A stretch of DNA of 64,000 bases from Eledone cirrhosa (Eukaryota): the NCBI GenBank assembly GCA_964016885.1, contig OZ024740.1:150164001-150228000 (forward strand). The letters are read 5' to 3'. The first letter of the stretch is position 1, and each line of letters opens with the position of its first letter. A program made the position numbers and the translations under genes. Below the pieces are notes generated by a model that saw only the letters and a program-made list of their open reading frames with translations, was not told the origin of the DNA and made no database searches. Of this stretch, positions 37,780 through 51,509 are shown piece by piece.

Positions 37780-38270
37780 GGCACCAACACTAAACAGCCA
37801 ATCTCCTTGGTTCCTTTTTACCACATCTTTAAGTTTGATGCTCTTAAAACTTTCATTTCTAATATGATCATGGTATCAAATTCTCAGGACTTTCCTCAAG
37901 CAGTTTTGGTAAAAGACAACCAATGTTTTAGTGATTTTTGCAGTTTTCTTCTAGATTTTGCAAACATATGCCAATGATACTATACAAGTGACATCTAACA
38001 GACTTTGTAAATTCACTGAAATACTGTCAACTTTCTAATTCTGTATTTGACTTCAATATTTCCATCAAAAAAACACTGCCTAGATGACAAATTAGCTCAT
38101 CTTTGGCAACCAACAAGGTCGTGTTCCCAGTTGACAGACTTCATCTTTTTTACATTTATTTTCAGTCCAGTTTTCTCACCTTCACTCAGGCATTGAATTA
38201 GCTCATGCAGATTGTCTTTAGAAACCATTTTTTTCTGACCTATGTCAGTTTCAACAAGTGTTCTAGGTGA
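37780..38270 (-). mobile_element. Old LINE RT C-terminal fragment
   Basis: LHELIQCL..EGEKTGLKINVKKMK remnant. Confidence 0.5.
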
Positions 38271-39129
38271 TTTATTCAACAAAACAGTTTGCTTGTGAAA
38301 TTAATTTGCAAGTGGCTGCGATTCCATACAAGTGTACTCTTAAGATAGTTCTTGAGAAGATTCAGTATGATAGTGTGCGGTAATATTGGCCTTTTGAATT
38401 GCAGGTACAACTCATTTTTGCTGGCTGACAGGATTGTAGCAACAGGAAATGAAGCACCTTGCTCAAAGACACATGTCACCAAGAATTGAACTCACAATTG
38501 TGAGCCAAACATCTTAACTGCTAGGCCATGTATGTTCACTGGATTATACTAATGTAATATTAGCAAAATTCTAGATAGCCAACTGTGTCTAATCTTTCTA
38601 CTGTAAGCCATGTTCATCGCTATTGAATGCCTTTTCATTATAATGAATGAAGATAGTAGGGTGTATAAACTAACGACAAATCCAATGTAATCACTCATTA
38701 CAGAAGCATCATGATGGAAGAAAAGGCCATAAGAGTTGTATGCATGGTATCGACCTAACTCCTGGAGGAGCCATTCTCAAGATCTAAATATAAGCAATTT
38801 CTCCCACAGAGGAAAGGGAGAAGTAAGAAAGTGTTATAGGAAAGGAAATGCCCCCAATAATGGACAGGTACTTTATTGATTTCAAAAGGACAAAAGGATT
38901 AGCTGACCTTGGCACAAGGAAAATTGAATATAGATATATCCAATACTACCCATTGTTAAACAGGCAGTATGGCACAGTAAATAAGAGGGACAAGATGGTA
39001 TTAAAGAGAAAAAGGATAGACAGAGACAACAAATATAAATAGGTGAGAGCCCCAAATGTATATATTATATTCTCAGCCTCAAAAACTATGAATATCTAAA
39101 TGTCCGATTTATCACACTTACACAAATGA

Positions 39130-39920
39130 GGTGTCCAGTATTACATATCAATCATAGCAGTCCATCGTTATCTTCATTGTTAGTTTTAGCATACCAAGAT
39201 CATGTCTTCCACACATTCTATCTATTATGAATGCTCAGCACTTTGCATCACATGCCTATACCAACACAGCCTTCTCTCTTGCACAATATACCTAATTCCT
39301 CTAGTATTCAGTTCTTTGAGCTCAACCATCACCCATGCATTAACATTACAAACTCAGCAGAACATGCTCACTCCATTTCTTTCTAGTCTTTACAAATCCA
39401 CTGCATTCAGGGCTCATGACTTGCAACCATGTAAACTTTGTACACTAAAATAAAAAATCTGAATTTTTTCACCTTATACATTCAGAATATCCACTGTTAA
39501 GTCACATTGGGATACAAAAACAGAACAACTAAGCAGATTTCATGACTTTGGAAAGAATCAATTTCACTTATACTCATTCAGCTTATTGCTCCTATTCTTA
39601 GTGTCTCTGCTAGCATGCATGTGAGTACACTGCACCTCTTGTGCATCCCTATTTTATACTAGGCAGACTATATGGTGTATGGAATTTCTACCTTCGTCGC
39701 ATAACTGTCATGTTACATCTACTTCTATACAGGCATAAGTTGGATGGCTCACAAGTCTTAGACAATACTTATTCAAAATTATTGTCCTAGATGAATTAGA
39801 GGACTAAGTTTCATACATTCCATCCCTGGCATGGTTTCTGCAACTGGATGCTCTTCCTAACTGCAACCATTTACAGAGTGTACTGGGTGAGTTTTATCAA
39901 GATTGGCACTAGTAATGTGG
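39130..39920 (-). mobile_element. Old RTE 3' fragments
   Basis: ataccaacacagccttctctcttgcac (RRL.WY) and ctggatgctcttcctaa 3' UTR motif. Confidence 0.55.
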
Positions 39921-40383
39921 CCCAGAATCTTTCAAACCTAAAAAGTACTCACCACTCAACATTATCACTTTTCAAGGCAACGTGAACAAGAGCATACATA
40001 GGTAGCAATGAGAAGCAAGGTGGGTGAAGGGAGAGATAGGTAAGAGTGGAAAGGGAAAAAACGATTTAAAAGATAGCGAGAGAAAAAAAAATGAAAGCAG
40101 TTGTAAGGGAGCAATGGAAAAAAATAATGGCAGCTACAATGTTTGATCAAGAGAGCAGGTGGTGGATAGTAAGAGGGATGTATGATGAAACCCCTCATAG
40201 ATATCTGTTCTGATAAGAGTGATAAAGTTAGAAGTGGTGACAGGGGTGTTAATACAGCAGGTCTAATAACATCGTTGTCGGCAGCATGGTGTGTATATAT
40301 ATAATCAGTGTTAATATTTCCTCCCTATTTCTGTGTGAGTGAATGTATATATATATATAGCTTTGATTTTATTAAGCTTCCAC

Positions 40384-40422
<39 letters not shown>

Positions 40423-42044
40423 ATCACTTCTAGTACTAGGTAACTAAAGCAAATATAGTTCACTGATAAGATCTAACAAATCAAAAATGTTCATTGCTTT
40501 AACCTGTTGGATTTAAAGGCAATATCCACTCCGAATTATATTATTTTTATTATCTAGAGCATTAAAAAAAAAAACTCACTAGAAGTAAACGTCACGAGAA
40601 AAAGAAAACGACAATTACGTCAATGTTAATTTTCTTTTTTAATCAGAATTAAAAAGAGCCCGACACACTCCAGTCATATTGTAACGCTTCACCTGAAAAT
40701 CAATCCAGTACACACATTTTTGAAGATTAAATTCCTCCATACTTCACCAATCCTCTCATGGAGGACATTGCCTGAAGAACAAAATGATGTTCTTTAAATC
40801 CTAGCTATTTGTGGAAATAAGATTTACAGAATATGCACACAAATTAAATGCGATTACTTTCTGTACAAATCAGTTTAAAAGTAAATTTCAGAAAAATCTT
40901 TAAAAAGTCAAAAATGGAAAAGTGCATCCGAAACAGGTGTGGTAACTTTTTTTTTAACTGAATAGTAATCTAAAAAAAGTTACGGACAAGGATGCATATT
41001 CCGAAACTGACAGAAATAGTTATAACGTAACTTTCCTTTCTCTCTTACAGTCAGACGAACTGAAAAAAATGTGCAATTAAGTGTCCTGTTGAGAATCTTA
41101 TCTCAATAGGCGGTTAGCCCAGACCTAAATAGAGAAGATTTAATATTTTCAATAAATTGCTACCGTTGAAAAAATGATTTTAAAATATTACGTTGCGATG
41201 ACTTAGGTTTTGTAAGCAAAACTAAGGAATTATCCTAAGATCAGCTTGTATGTGTCATATGTTGGTAAATAGATCTGCATAGCTCTCCGTATAGACACTA
41301 GCTTATCAATGACCTACTAGGATCGTTTTGCGCACGTTATCTACACGAGTCTCGTTGTTGAAGGATAACATGGTGCAGTTTGAAATGATTACAATGAAAG
41401 GGTACCCGATTAAAGAACTTGGTATTAAATTCATATCACCTTAATGTGTTTCAGTCGGCATTAAGAACGTTAGAAAAAAATATACGCAACTGTTAGAGCT
41501 TGTGATCCCCGTCTTAAAACCTTAAAAGAAAAATTGAGATTTTGCAGCTGGTACCCAGGAACACGTTTTAAAGCTCCCAGGCAGCACTCGCACATCAAGT
41601 AATTTAATGATACACAAAATGCAGGCATCCCAGTACACTGAAAGTTTAAAGAGGTTCAAGAAACCGAAATTAAACCAAATCTGAAATTTTAAAATTAATT
41701 AAAATGGTCATCAAAGTATATAATTTTTCTTTCTATATCCGAGATCAAACACCCTCGTATATATATTACATACATACATACATACACACGAGGGTGTCTA
41801 GTCCCGGTTTGCTCGGAGGCAGTAACAAAAATTAAAATAAATTAAGTACCATATATCGCTCTATATAAATTAAGCTCAAATAAGTAAAGTAGTAGGTTTT
41901 AACACTACGAAACTTCAGGTGACTTTAGACACTGCCACTACTCACGGATCCGAAATAATAAGAGTGAAGGAGGGGAATAAGCGGTAATTTTTCTAGGTTT
42001 TCCCCGTTGATTTTTTTTTAAAATAAAAAAAAATTAGGCGTTTA

Positions 42045-42250
42045 GTTTACTCCAACCCATCCTATTTATTTTATAACGTATAGGATTTCAAGTAATGTGT
42101 TTTTTTTTGTCATGCATGTTTTTTAACGGCTAAAGAAAATTAATTGTCGCAGGAATGCTACCACTTGAAATAAAATTTCACCGGAGATAGATTAGTAAAA
42201 TTTAATAGGGGGGAGGGGCGATAATTTGAGACCCGTGAGTATAATACTCT
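42045..42250. repeat. Unclassified interspersed repeat; inverted homolog at ~11490-11680
   Basis: ccaacccatcctatttattttataa... is the reverse complement of ttataaaataaataggatgggttgg at 11656-11680, and similarity extends ~190 bp. Confidence 0.7.
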
Positions 42251-43618
42251 ATATATAAAATATATAATTAAACCCTGTTATTTCCCTCGAACTAATAAAG
42301 GACTATTTACATGGCTTTCAAAACACTAGTAATAGCAGCCAATAATGAAAAAAATTCGGAGGTGTTGCTAAATAGTGAATCAGAGATCTGAAAAAAAGGT
42401 ATGGCCATTTATGTGAAGTGTTTATTATGAAACTACACACACACACACACACACACACATATATTGCTTGGAAAAAAGTACTCAATACGACAAAGTAAAG
42501 CAGAATAATTTATCTTAGATGACTGACTTGTAACAGGTTATTTAGACACGGAAAAAAGTATGTGTAGTGGCCCGTAACCGAAAGAAATTCTTAAATTGAG
42601 TCTGGCAAACCCTATTGTCCATAGTATTTTTTTTCACCTTAGCGAATCTGGTCCCTTACGATTTGAACACGTATATGTATGTGTTTATCTTTATATTCAA
42701 TTATAATATACGGCTCGGGAAAATGTCTTTCCTTGAGCTATTTTATTGTAAGAGACTATTGAGTTTCTAACTCAATATATACCTTTGCTATATTGCCAAT
42801 ACATAATTTTAAAATATCTAACGAAAAAAGAAATCGTGCATTTGACAAATAGCTTATTTCAATGTTTAAAAAATAGGCAGCAGCACGTGGTATTCGGTGA
42901 CGTAAAATTCTACATATTTATTACAATCATCGGGATGAAAATTTCTTAGTGTACAATTTTAGCGAGTTTAATAATTACCTGTACATTATATATTTCATTA
43001 CAACATATGGAAGCTAGTGGAAACCACTTCACCCCATCTAAACCATATGTAAACACTCGTATAGGAAAACAACACGAGAAGCAGGGACGACTACTAAAAT
43101 AGATAATGCATGCAAAGAACCGCCGCTAACTTCGTCAATTGAGATAATCAAGCGTTTCACTTTCGCAAAAGTCTTAATCTACGTTTGTTGTATTCGGGGA
43201 AAATGATTAAATTTTCCAGCAAATTCATTTTTCCCTCCCACCCTACCGCTACTAGCCAGGATGGGGGAACACGACGAATAAAAGTCCATTTTCCTTGGTT
43301 ATACGTAATCAATATTTCTGTATTCAAAATCATACTTCCTTTGGGGTGAGAAGCATAGGCGCGAAAACTAAGTCTGTTTCTCAGAATGGAGTACACTTTA
43401 AAAAAATTGGAGGTCGTGATATTCATGCCGGTCTTTTAAAGTGTTAAATCTTAGAAATGATTTACGTCATAACTTCAGTGGGTATCAAAATATAGAAAAA
43501 CAAAATACGAAAATAATTTTTAAAACGTAAATTGGTTATAAAAAAAAACATTTAAGAAACGAGAGAAAAAAATAGAGGCGAACAATAATGCATAGGTATA
43601 TAAATATATGTATATTAC

Positions 43619-43728
43619 CCTGAATTACTGGCATCAGTCGCCTTAATACTGTGTATACGTAGCTTATTTGCCATGTCCTTTAATTCGGACACAATCTTGG
43701 CGTCGGGACGATGATAGTCAGCAGACAT
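43619..43728 (-). CDS. TKT: Transketolase coding exon 1 (MSADYHRPDAKIVSELKDMANKLRIHSIKATDASNS-G)
   Basis: Hand translation matches the animal TKT N-terminus (cf. human MESYHKPD...ANRLRISSIQAT...SG); ATG at 43728; donor GG|GTAATA, phase 2, compatible with exon 2. Confidence 0.93.
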
Positions 43729-43794
43729 GTTGATAAAGTACAATAAAGTTGAATAAACCGAAGACAGATAGGAGAATTCAGCTGCACAGACAGA

Positions 43795-43990
43795 CGTGGA
43801 CTGAACGAAAATAACGTGTGTGGGTGGAGTATATTATAGACAATAGAAAAACTCGGCGTAATAACACGTGCTCAGCTCTGTCTGTCTATTACAAAGTAGG
43901 CGAGACGGGTCGAATGTGACTATATAGTTCGGATATTTCCGCCAACTTCGCTACTTACTGACGTATAAACCGCTCGGGTCTCGGTACCGA
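43795..43990 (-). promoter_or_regulatory. Putative TKT core promoter
   Basis: Locally CpG-richer stretch just upstream of the ATG; Inr-like TCAGTC (43804-43799, minus), TATA-like TATAATAT (43838-43831), E-box CACGTG (43865-43870). Motif-based only. Confidence 0.45.
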
Positions 43991-45509
43991 CTTAGTTTGA
44001 TTACATTTGTGAGTATATAAACGAAATTGTGTATCGTATAAACATACAATGTATAAAATCAATTTTCATCTTTCATATGCAATACATTTTTAATATTGCG
44101 GCATGAAAATAAACTCAATTTACCAGGGTTGGTTTAACAATCAAGCAAAATAAGCACATACTTCGAGCACTACTTTCTTCAGATTAAATATATTTGTCAT
44201 TCAATTTATTTTCAGACTTTATATCTGAGGAGGCACTAAATTCTTTTGAATGCTTAGGGTCTCAAAAAGACTTAATCCGGCCTTGCCCTGGTACCTACCT
44301 TGTGCTATAATGATATAATTGCCACTTTCTTCCAGATAAGAGTACTCTTGGGATAGACAGAGTTGCTCTTGTATAAATGTTCAAAATAGCTGGTATCGCC
44401 TGGTGGGAATATAACAAATTCAACTGGTCCTTATTCATAAAAAAGAACATTTATGTTCCTTTTTTTTTTTTTTTTGAAATTTATATATTTCCTTTCAAGG
44501 AATGTATTTATACTCTCAGCTGCCTGCAATGGTATCTTTGGAATATTGTTAATCAATGTTTTAGTAATCTACTGATATCAAAATCAGTAGTATATTGAAA
44601 AATAGGGGAAGTGGAGGGGGAGGGGTCGTTTCGTGATTTCGAGAAACAAAAGGGGGTGTTTGGCCTAAATGGGTTGAGAACCTGTGTGCTAGACTATGGA
44701 TACAGTAACTCGTGTTTACTGCAGCATCACGGATGTGGGAAGGACGTTGCTGACTGCGGCATCACTAATGAGACAGCACATTACTCAGAGGTAAACCTGA
44801 ACAATCCAGCTGGCTCCAAAATTGAGGGGTTATTTGGCTTGAACCAGGACCACTTGATAACTAAGTTTAGCTTGGTGTGGCGAGCAAAGAGACCTGCATT
44901 CAGACTACAAGACAACCCATAAACACAAGGAGCTTGTCAGAACGTCATTTAAACCTCCAACAGACATTAGCTCCAACTCTGAGTGTAATGGATATGTGAC
45001 TTTCATCTAGAGTGAGTAAGCCACTGATGGTGGCCACAGACAAAGTATGAACACAATCTGCCGAGAATTTTGCACTCGCAGAAAGTGGCACCTTGAGAAT
45101 TAATCAGATTGATCAAAGAAAGAGTTGAAAGTGTCTCTTGAATGTAAGTTGTCCCAGACTCTCTGCTTCAATCAATCCTGTACTACATCAGGAACTGATA
45201 CATTCAGCTCCCTCCCCTGTAATAGAGCTTCAGCCACCTCCCTATTGGAATTAGTCCATGCTGGAAAGAAGATGTTATCCCCCATAGGCGAGCAAGCAAG
45301 TGGAGAGAAGACAGAGGCGAGCATTTACGTGGGCCTAAACCTCCAAATTGTTTTAGACAGTGATGTCTTGTCGGGAGACTCTGGAAATAATCTAACATTG
45401 ACCAAGTATTCAAGTCTACCAGATTAGGACGGCATAACGTCGCAGAATGACGAAAATCTACACAAGGGACTGATACTGAGCACATTCAATACCTTGGTGA
45501 TCAATAAGT

Positions 45510-46330
45510 AATTACTAAGTATAAAAACCAGGCACATTTTAGACTAGTTCCGTAAAGAATTAAAAGCCACCTTCCATAACCTAGGACAAAAGATCACAGT
45601 AGATACTAACCTCTAGGTTGAACAACAGGTTCTTACAAACACATCCATAAGCCTTAATAGATCATTCCTAAGAATAACAAGCAGCTACACTTTAAATATG
45701 TTTCGTAAACATTAATAGCCACCTTCCAAAACTAAGGTCTAAAGATCACAGTAGACAATAACCTCTAGATTTAACTACAGATTCTTACAAACACCCCCAT
45801 AAACCAACTCCCTATGACAATAGAACCCTCCTAGTGGCTTCATAGATAAGATACAGTACCCAGCCAACACCTCCCCATAAAATAGATATAGGAATAGACC
45901 TAACAAAATTATCTGGTTCACTCACTCTTTTTCTTTAAATGTAAAAACAAACGTAGTCAAAAAATTCCTCCATCATATTTTCTCCGTTTCACTCCACATC
46001 TTCGTAAAAATGTTATTATTGTGGCTCATCTATGAAGTCAATGATAACTGCAAAACATGCACCCAAATAAGAAGCTGGATGCTCGTACAGGATAAGGGAC
46101 GAATACCCTAAACAATAAACCTGTAACTTAAGATTGATGTATGCAGCTAAAGTCATACATAAGAACACCAACCGAGCAGTGAACAGAAAAATATGTGAAT
46201 ATAGTATAAGATAGGTTTAATTAAATATATTACTTGCATGTTTAGACCTTCAAACAGCCTGAAATGAAAACAAAGACTGCCTGATCGAATAAAGTGAAAG
46301 CTGTTGTGAAAAAAAAATGGAAGTGAACGA
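45510..46330 (+). mobile_element. Penelope-like fragment with an internal tandem duplication
   Basis: KIIWF...SLNVKTNVVKKFL remnant; gccaccttcca...aagatcacagtaga...ttcttacaaacac occurs twice (~45567 and ~45718). Confidence 0.55.
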
Positions 46331-46739
46331 TTTCTTCGGGAAGTAAAGTGCTGAATAGTGTAAATGCTTCAGTGTAGCATTGTCAATGTTGAAATATTTA
46401 TTATATTCGTAATTAACGTGAGCAAAGCATTGCTATTAACTACCCAGGGCTACCAAATATTTGATGTTGCATATCAATCTTGTATGTATGGCCCTGTGAC
46501 TTCTTATGGTGTCATAGGTGCATCATTAGGACATACGGCGTATCTTGGACACTTTAAGACAGGTAGAGCCTACTCTCTCTACAGGTGTGAACACAACTAT
46601 TTCTTCCAGAGAAGGCGTGAGAGAGGGGTGACGAATCAACCCTAGTACTGGACTGGTACTTTTTTTTATCGACCTCGTTAGGTAAAATTGACCTACACTA
46701 TTTGGTTTTGAGCACATTAAAATTCAATATAGAAAATGT

Positions 46740-47990
46740 ATAATTTTTTCAGAGACATAAAACCAATCAATGTTGTATATATGTAAAAAAAAAAATTTTG
46801 AAAATCATATTTAATTCTCTGCAGTGTGAATATTTGGTTGACTGTGCTATGTCTTAGGCGAAACACACAGTCCATCAGCTCGCTTGGATCGACAAACTCC
46901 CTACATCTCTTTGCCAGATACTTAGTATAGATTTTACCGGGGAGGCTTAACAAGGAGATCCCTCTGTAAGTGGAAGATTCTCTCTTGTCTCCCTCTTTGA
47001 AATTTGGGATTATCACTCCCAATTGCCACTACTTAGGTGCCTTTCCATAGATCCAGGCCTCCCGACACTCATTAGTCAGCCAGAGAATACCTTCTCTATT
47101 CAAGTCTTTTAATATCTCAGGCCGAATTTCATCCTCCCCAGCAGCCTTGCCAGATTTCAGCTCTTTAATTGCTTTTGAGATTTCAATCTTCAAAAGATTA
47201 GTCATCGCTCCCAGATGCAACCTCGTGCCCATCAAAAGATGCTGTTGGGACCAGGTTTAGGAGATCAGCAAAGTATACTCTTCACCTCTCGTAGGTGCAC
47301 TTCTCTGAAGAGAGAAGAACACCAGATATGTTCCTGATAGCTGGCAGAGAGGGAGAATTCTTATTTCAAAATCGCCGGATGGTTTGCCAGAACACTTTAT
47401 TTGCTGATCTGAAGTCGGATTCCAACTTAACCAACCCCAAAACCTCTCATACCTTAATTTTGGACACCTTTATTGTCTCTGCTGCAACCTTTCGCACTTG
47501 CTTGTACCGCAAGTACAGGAAGGAGGATTTATTTCCAAGCCAAGTTTTGTAAGCCTCGTTCTTTTCTCGGATGGCATCTTTGACCATTTGATTGAACCAA
47601 GGGGTCCTTTTACTATCCGGCGCTACACCAAGCTTCTTTCGAGATCAGTTGACAGCTCAGCCCCTCTTTTAACATGAACATCCATCACAGAATCGAAGCG
47701 ATCAGAGGCAATAACAAAATCAGTTATAGATCTCTGTCCCCGATTCCCCTTATACCATGTGTGCTTATGGAAGGTGTTCATAATAGAGCCCATTACTTAT
47801 AAGACCTTTCCATTCGTATTTAGATCGGGATCACCGTTTCTTCCGATCATTCCTTTCCATGTTAGGTAGTCACTGCCAACATGTGCATTGATGTTTCCCA
47901 TTATGATATATGACTCAGTCTTAACTACATCTAACGTTGCAGTAACTTCATCAAGGAAGGATCTGTATTCGGGCTCTCTGTTTGATGCTT
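46740..47990 (-). mobile_element. Degenerate RTE LINE of a different subfamily (APE + RT N-terminus)
   Basis: AIKELKSGKAAGEDEIRPEILK, YRGISLLSLPGKIY, IMGNINAHVG, PWFNQ. Confidence 0.85.
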
Positions 47991-48199
47991 ATTTAGTGAG
48001 CTAGGTCCCAGAGTCACCTACTCCAGTAAGTACCACCGGAACCTAACCACTAAATTTAAGAAAGAAAAAAAGGATAGGAGATTTTCCTACAAATTCGTGT
48101 CTCGTGTGAATCATCTCTCACTACAAAAGGTAACGATTAAAGCATTTCTCAACCGAATATCAAAGGTAACTTGATTTATTTGTAGTCCATATTACAAAA

Positions 48200-49600
48200 G
48201 TGTAGTAAACAAATGTCTACGTAGCATTATCAGGTATAGTCCATGGTGGGCGGTGGATTGGCAGTATCGGTAGAGGGTCGGACGCCATGCACGTCCCTTT
48301 ACGATCTGAGTTCAAATCCCGCCGAGGTTGACTTTGCCTTTCATCCTTACGGGGTCGATAAAATAAAGTACCAGTAATGCACTGGGTTATTGCTGGCCTT
48401 GTGCTTAAAGTAGAAACAATTATCAGGTATAGTCCAGAACCATGAGGTGGGATTCGAAGAATGTTATCATGCTTGTGCTCGGTGTTGTCAGTTTGAGAAG
48501 AAACCGCCAGAAAGAGAGCATACCTTTGGCGTAACCATGCCTGGCCTTACTAGGCCAGGCGGCCGAGAGGTGAAAAGAGAGAAAGATAGCTTTGAGCTCC
48601 CTTTTTTATAGTTCCCTGGACGGGAGTTACAAGGAAGGTTCTGGAATTTCAACGGGAAGTAACTAGCTACTTCCCTTGTCTAGATAGCGCTACACTTATA
48701 CTCCCACTACCCTCAGAGAACTTTCTTTCAGCCAACACTTTAGAAGGCAAATCCTCCTTCCAAATGGGATCCATTCCATAACACATTCTGATGGCTGGGA
48801 TCTTGTGTGTATCCCTACTCCTGCCTATGCAGTCATTTCTGGCTCCACACCTGAACAGTAGGAAACCTCGACTATATCTAGCTGTTAACATCTGGCCTCT
48901 TCCAGGAGTTCCTTCATCTTGCCTATAAGAGTTCTGACTTTCCTGATCCTCTCTGGGATCTCGGAACACGTAACCTTTGTGCTTCGATCACATGTCTCAC
49001 AGGACAGATCACAGGCCCATTGCCAATTTTTGCAGCGTTGGGAGGAGGCTCCAATATATTTTTCGAACAGTCCGAACGCGTCCCTTGTTATCTCACGCGA
49101 AGAACGATGCGGTATGACAGCTTTTGTTGTGTATAGACATATTGCAGTGTTTTAGTGGTCTCATTCATGCCAGTCACCAATTTGGTACTTTTCTCAGACC
49201 AGCGATGACGAGGCATAGGTCCATCATTGGATTGTGAGCTAACAGTATCAGCCATTACTCCATCTCTCTTAGTAGGTTACCGTTGTTGTTCCGGGGTTTC
49301 TTATTCGTCCAGCAGGAGCCTGCGTATATTGCCACTAACCATCACATCTGATGGCCGTATCGCTATCCGCAGACAGCAGCAATGCGCCAGCTTGGGCATT
49401 CGGTCATCAGAAGAATTCTCTTTGGTTCACAAGACGTAGACAATCTTAATCCGGCCTGCCACCCTCCGCAAAAAGTCGAACTTAAACACCTTTACTGTAG
49501 TTGTGTGGGCGTCATAGGCCTTGCTTTTGATCAATGTTGCAGTTGTTTCAAGGGTTGTTTGTTGATGAATGAAGTCAACAGAGATATAGAATGAGCCGAT
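48200..49600 (-). mobile_element. LTR retrotransposon 3' remnant, family unresolved
   Basis: Minus strand: purine tract GAGGGTAGTGGGAGTATAAG then TGTAG at 48694, TATAAAAAA box; upstream decayed ORF-like sequence unidentified; left end uncertain. Confidence 0.5.
48246..48421 (+). mobile_element. Young SINE family A copy with 18-bp TSD
   Basis: Flanked by attatcaggtatagtcca on both sides. Confidence 0.92.
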
Positions 49601-49684
49601 TGTAGAAATACGATACTATTTATATCCAATCTTCTATCATCAAGAATGTTTTCATTCGACTGTAGCAGGAGTTGCCTCCCTTGT

Positions 49685-49995
49685 TGTGACACTCGCAACC
49701 CCAATAGATTAACGCTCTCTAGACAGGAAGTAGAACCCTTTCTGTAACTTCCGGTCAGAACCCTATAAAACTAACAACGTTAAGTTCCCTATCTCCCTTT
49801 CGCCTTTTCGGTCAGGCGCCTCCTGGCCTTCGCCAGGAGTCTTCACTCAGGTGTGTGTAACCCTGGCAACCAAGCGGTAACTAATAACTTTGTTTCATTC
49901 TCTCATCTGTTCATTGACGCATCAACTATACTGTTCTATATATCCACAAATTGTTTATTAAATATTATACACACAAACCACGTCTCCTTGTTACA
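49685..49995 (+). mobile_element. Solo-LTR-like element
   Basis: TGTGAC...GTTACA ends, TATAAAA at 49764, ATTAAA near 49957; patchy similarity to the reverse complement of 48540-48694. Confidence 0.55.
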
Positions 49996-51509
49996 TTCAT
50001 ACACACCAGTATTTTGCTATACGACCTTTGTGTTCGAGTTGTTTAATAAGGGAGTTTAGTGCTTTTCCGGTGGATTGTTAGCTGTATGATCGGTCAGTGT
50101 ATGCGCATAGGTGCTGTTAAGAGTGGTTGTAGTGATTACAGATCTTAGTAAACACGCACACATTGATACATATGTTAGTCATTCTCTTAATTTGGAGATC
50201 TTAGAAAGTGCATTTGTCTATCTGCTTCTCTCTTAAGAGCAAAATACAAGATTCTTTTCCTCTTCAGATAAATATATGAATTTATCTATATGTCCAGAAC
50301 ACATAATTAACATATCATATTCCTACTCACTTGTTATTTTCTGCATGCGTCCTGCATATTTTCAATGTATCCTAGTTTGATAAAACAAAAATAACAGCTA
50401 TTTTCCTCGTATGGTCTCTCTCTCTCTGCTCCCTTATGGCTTTCATAGTGATTTTCAGTTAGTAATCACAAGTTAAACCTCTGGTCATTGGTTATGATAA
50501 AACCAGGATACAAAAGCGTTTCCTTATGAAAGTAATACATACACCTTTTCTCCCTACATTTCCTTCATCCCACTCCTGATTTTACTTTGAAACACAAAAC
50601 AGGATATGATGTGCAAACTATTCCGGGTATCAGCCTATTTAATTCAATCTGTTATTTTTTTTGTTATCATCTCACCTGTATGGGCCTCACCCTGTATACA
50701 CAGAGAAATTCACCCCCCCCCCCTCATTTTATCACATCCACCCATATTTGGTGTTGTTTTCTGCCTGTTTCGGGGGGTAAATACACATACATAGTGAAGT
50801 TTGTTGACAACACAAATCTCATTAACTTGATCTAACATACACATATTGAGTTTCTGAGATTTCCAACTGCATGTCTGTCTCTCTGCCAAAGTTCACGAAA
50901 TGGCATAAGTATGAACCATGAGTAAATGCGATTTATTTGTTGGATAATAAATAAGAGGGAAGAACGTTAGACGGTTGTTAATAAGAATAAGAAGTGTAAC
51001 AAAAGAGTTACAGGTGATGAATAGGGAAAAGGCCCTACAAGAGAAATTTTGCAAGGCGGTACAAGACCCATTTGGGACCCGAAGTAGGCAAAAATGTTTC
51101 TCAAAATGCATGTTCCATGATTGCTGTGGGGCCTTCTTAGCTCATGCGTCCAGAAACAAAGTACCGACTTGATCCCCCACTCTCATAGGCCGTGATAGAG
51201 ACACGATAGGATCAAAGGTGACAAACCGTCGCGAAAGCAAAGATTAAAAGGAAGTGGGTGATGATAAAAATGCAGTTAATTATACTGCGAGTGAAAAACA
51301 TATTAGTCAATGACTAATATTATTGTTAAAATTTCTTTTGAGAAGTATAGGAGACAACATCGAATATGTTTTGGTTTTATTCTGATTACACCTGTGAAGC
51401 ATTTTTGATACTACTCGTAATTGCAGTATATATGATGGTATAGTTAAGTTTATATGCAAGATTGTCTCTCTATCTCACACACATATATTGAGTGACGGAC
51501 GGAAGTCGC

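Noticed and set aside
43865-43881. Carbohydrate response element at the TKT promoter
   Set aside because: Only one CACGTG; no second E-box at 5-bp spacing on either strand.
48990-49400. BEL/Pao integrase on the plus strand (QFLQRW, DGRI)
   Set aside because: Only isolated short resemblances with no consistent frame or spacing.
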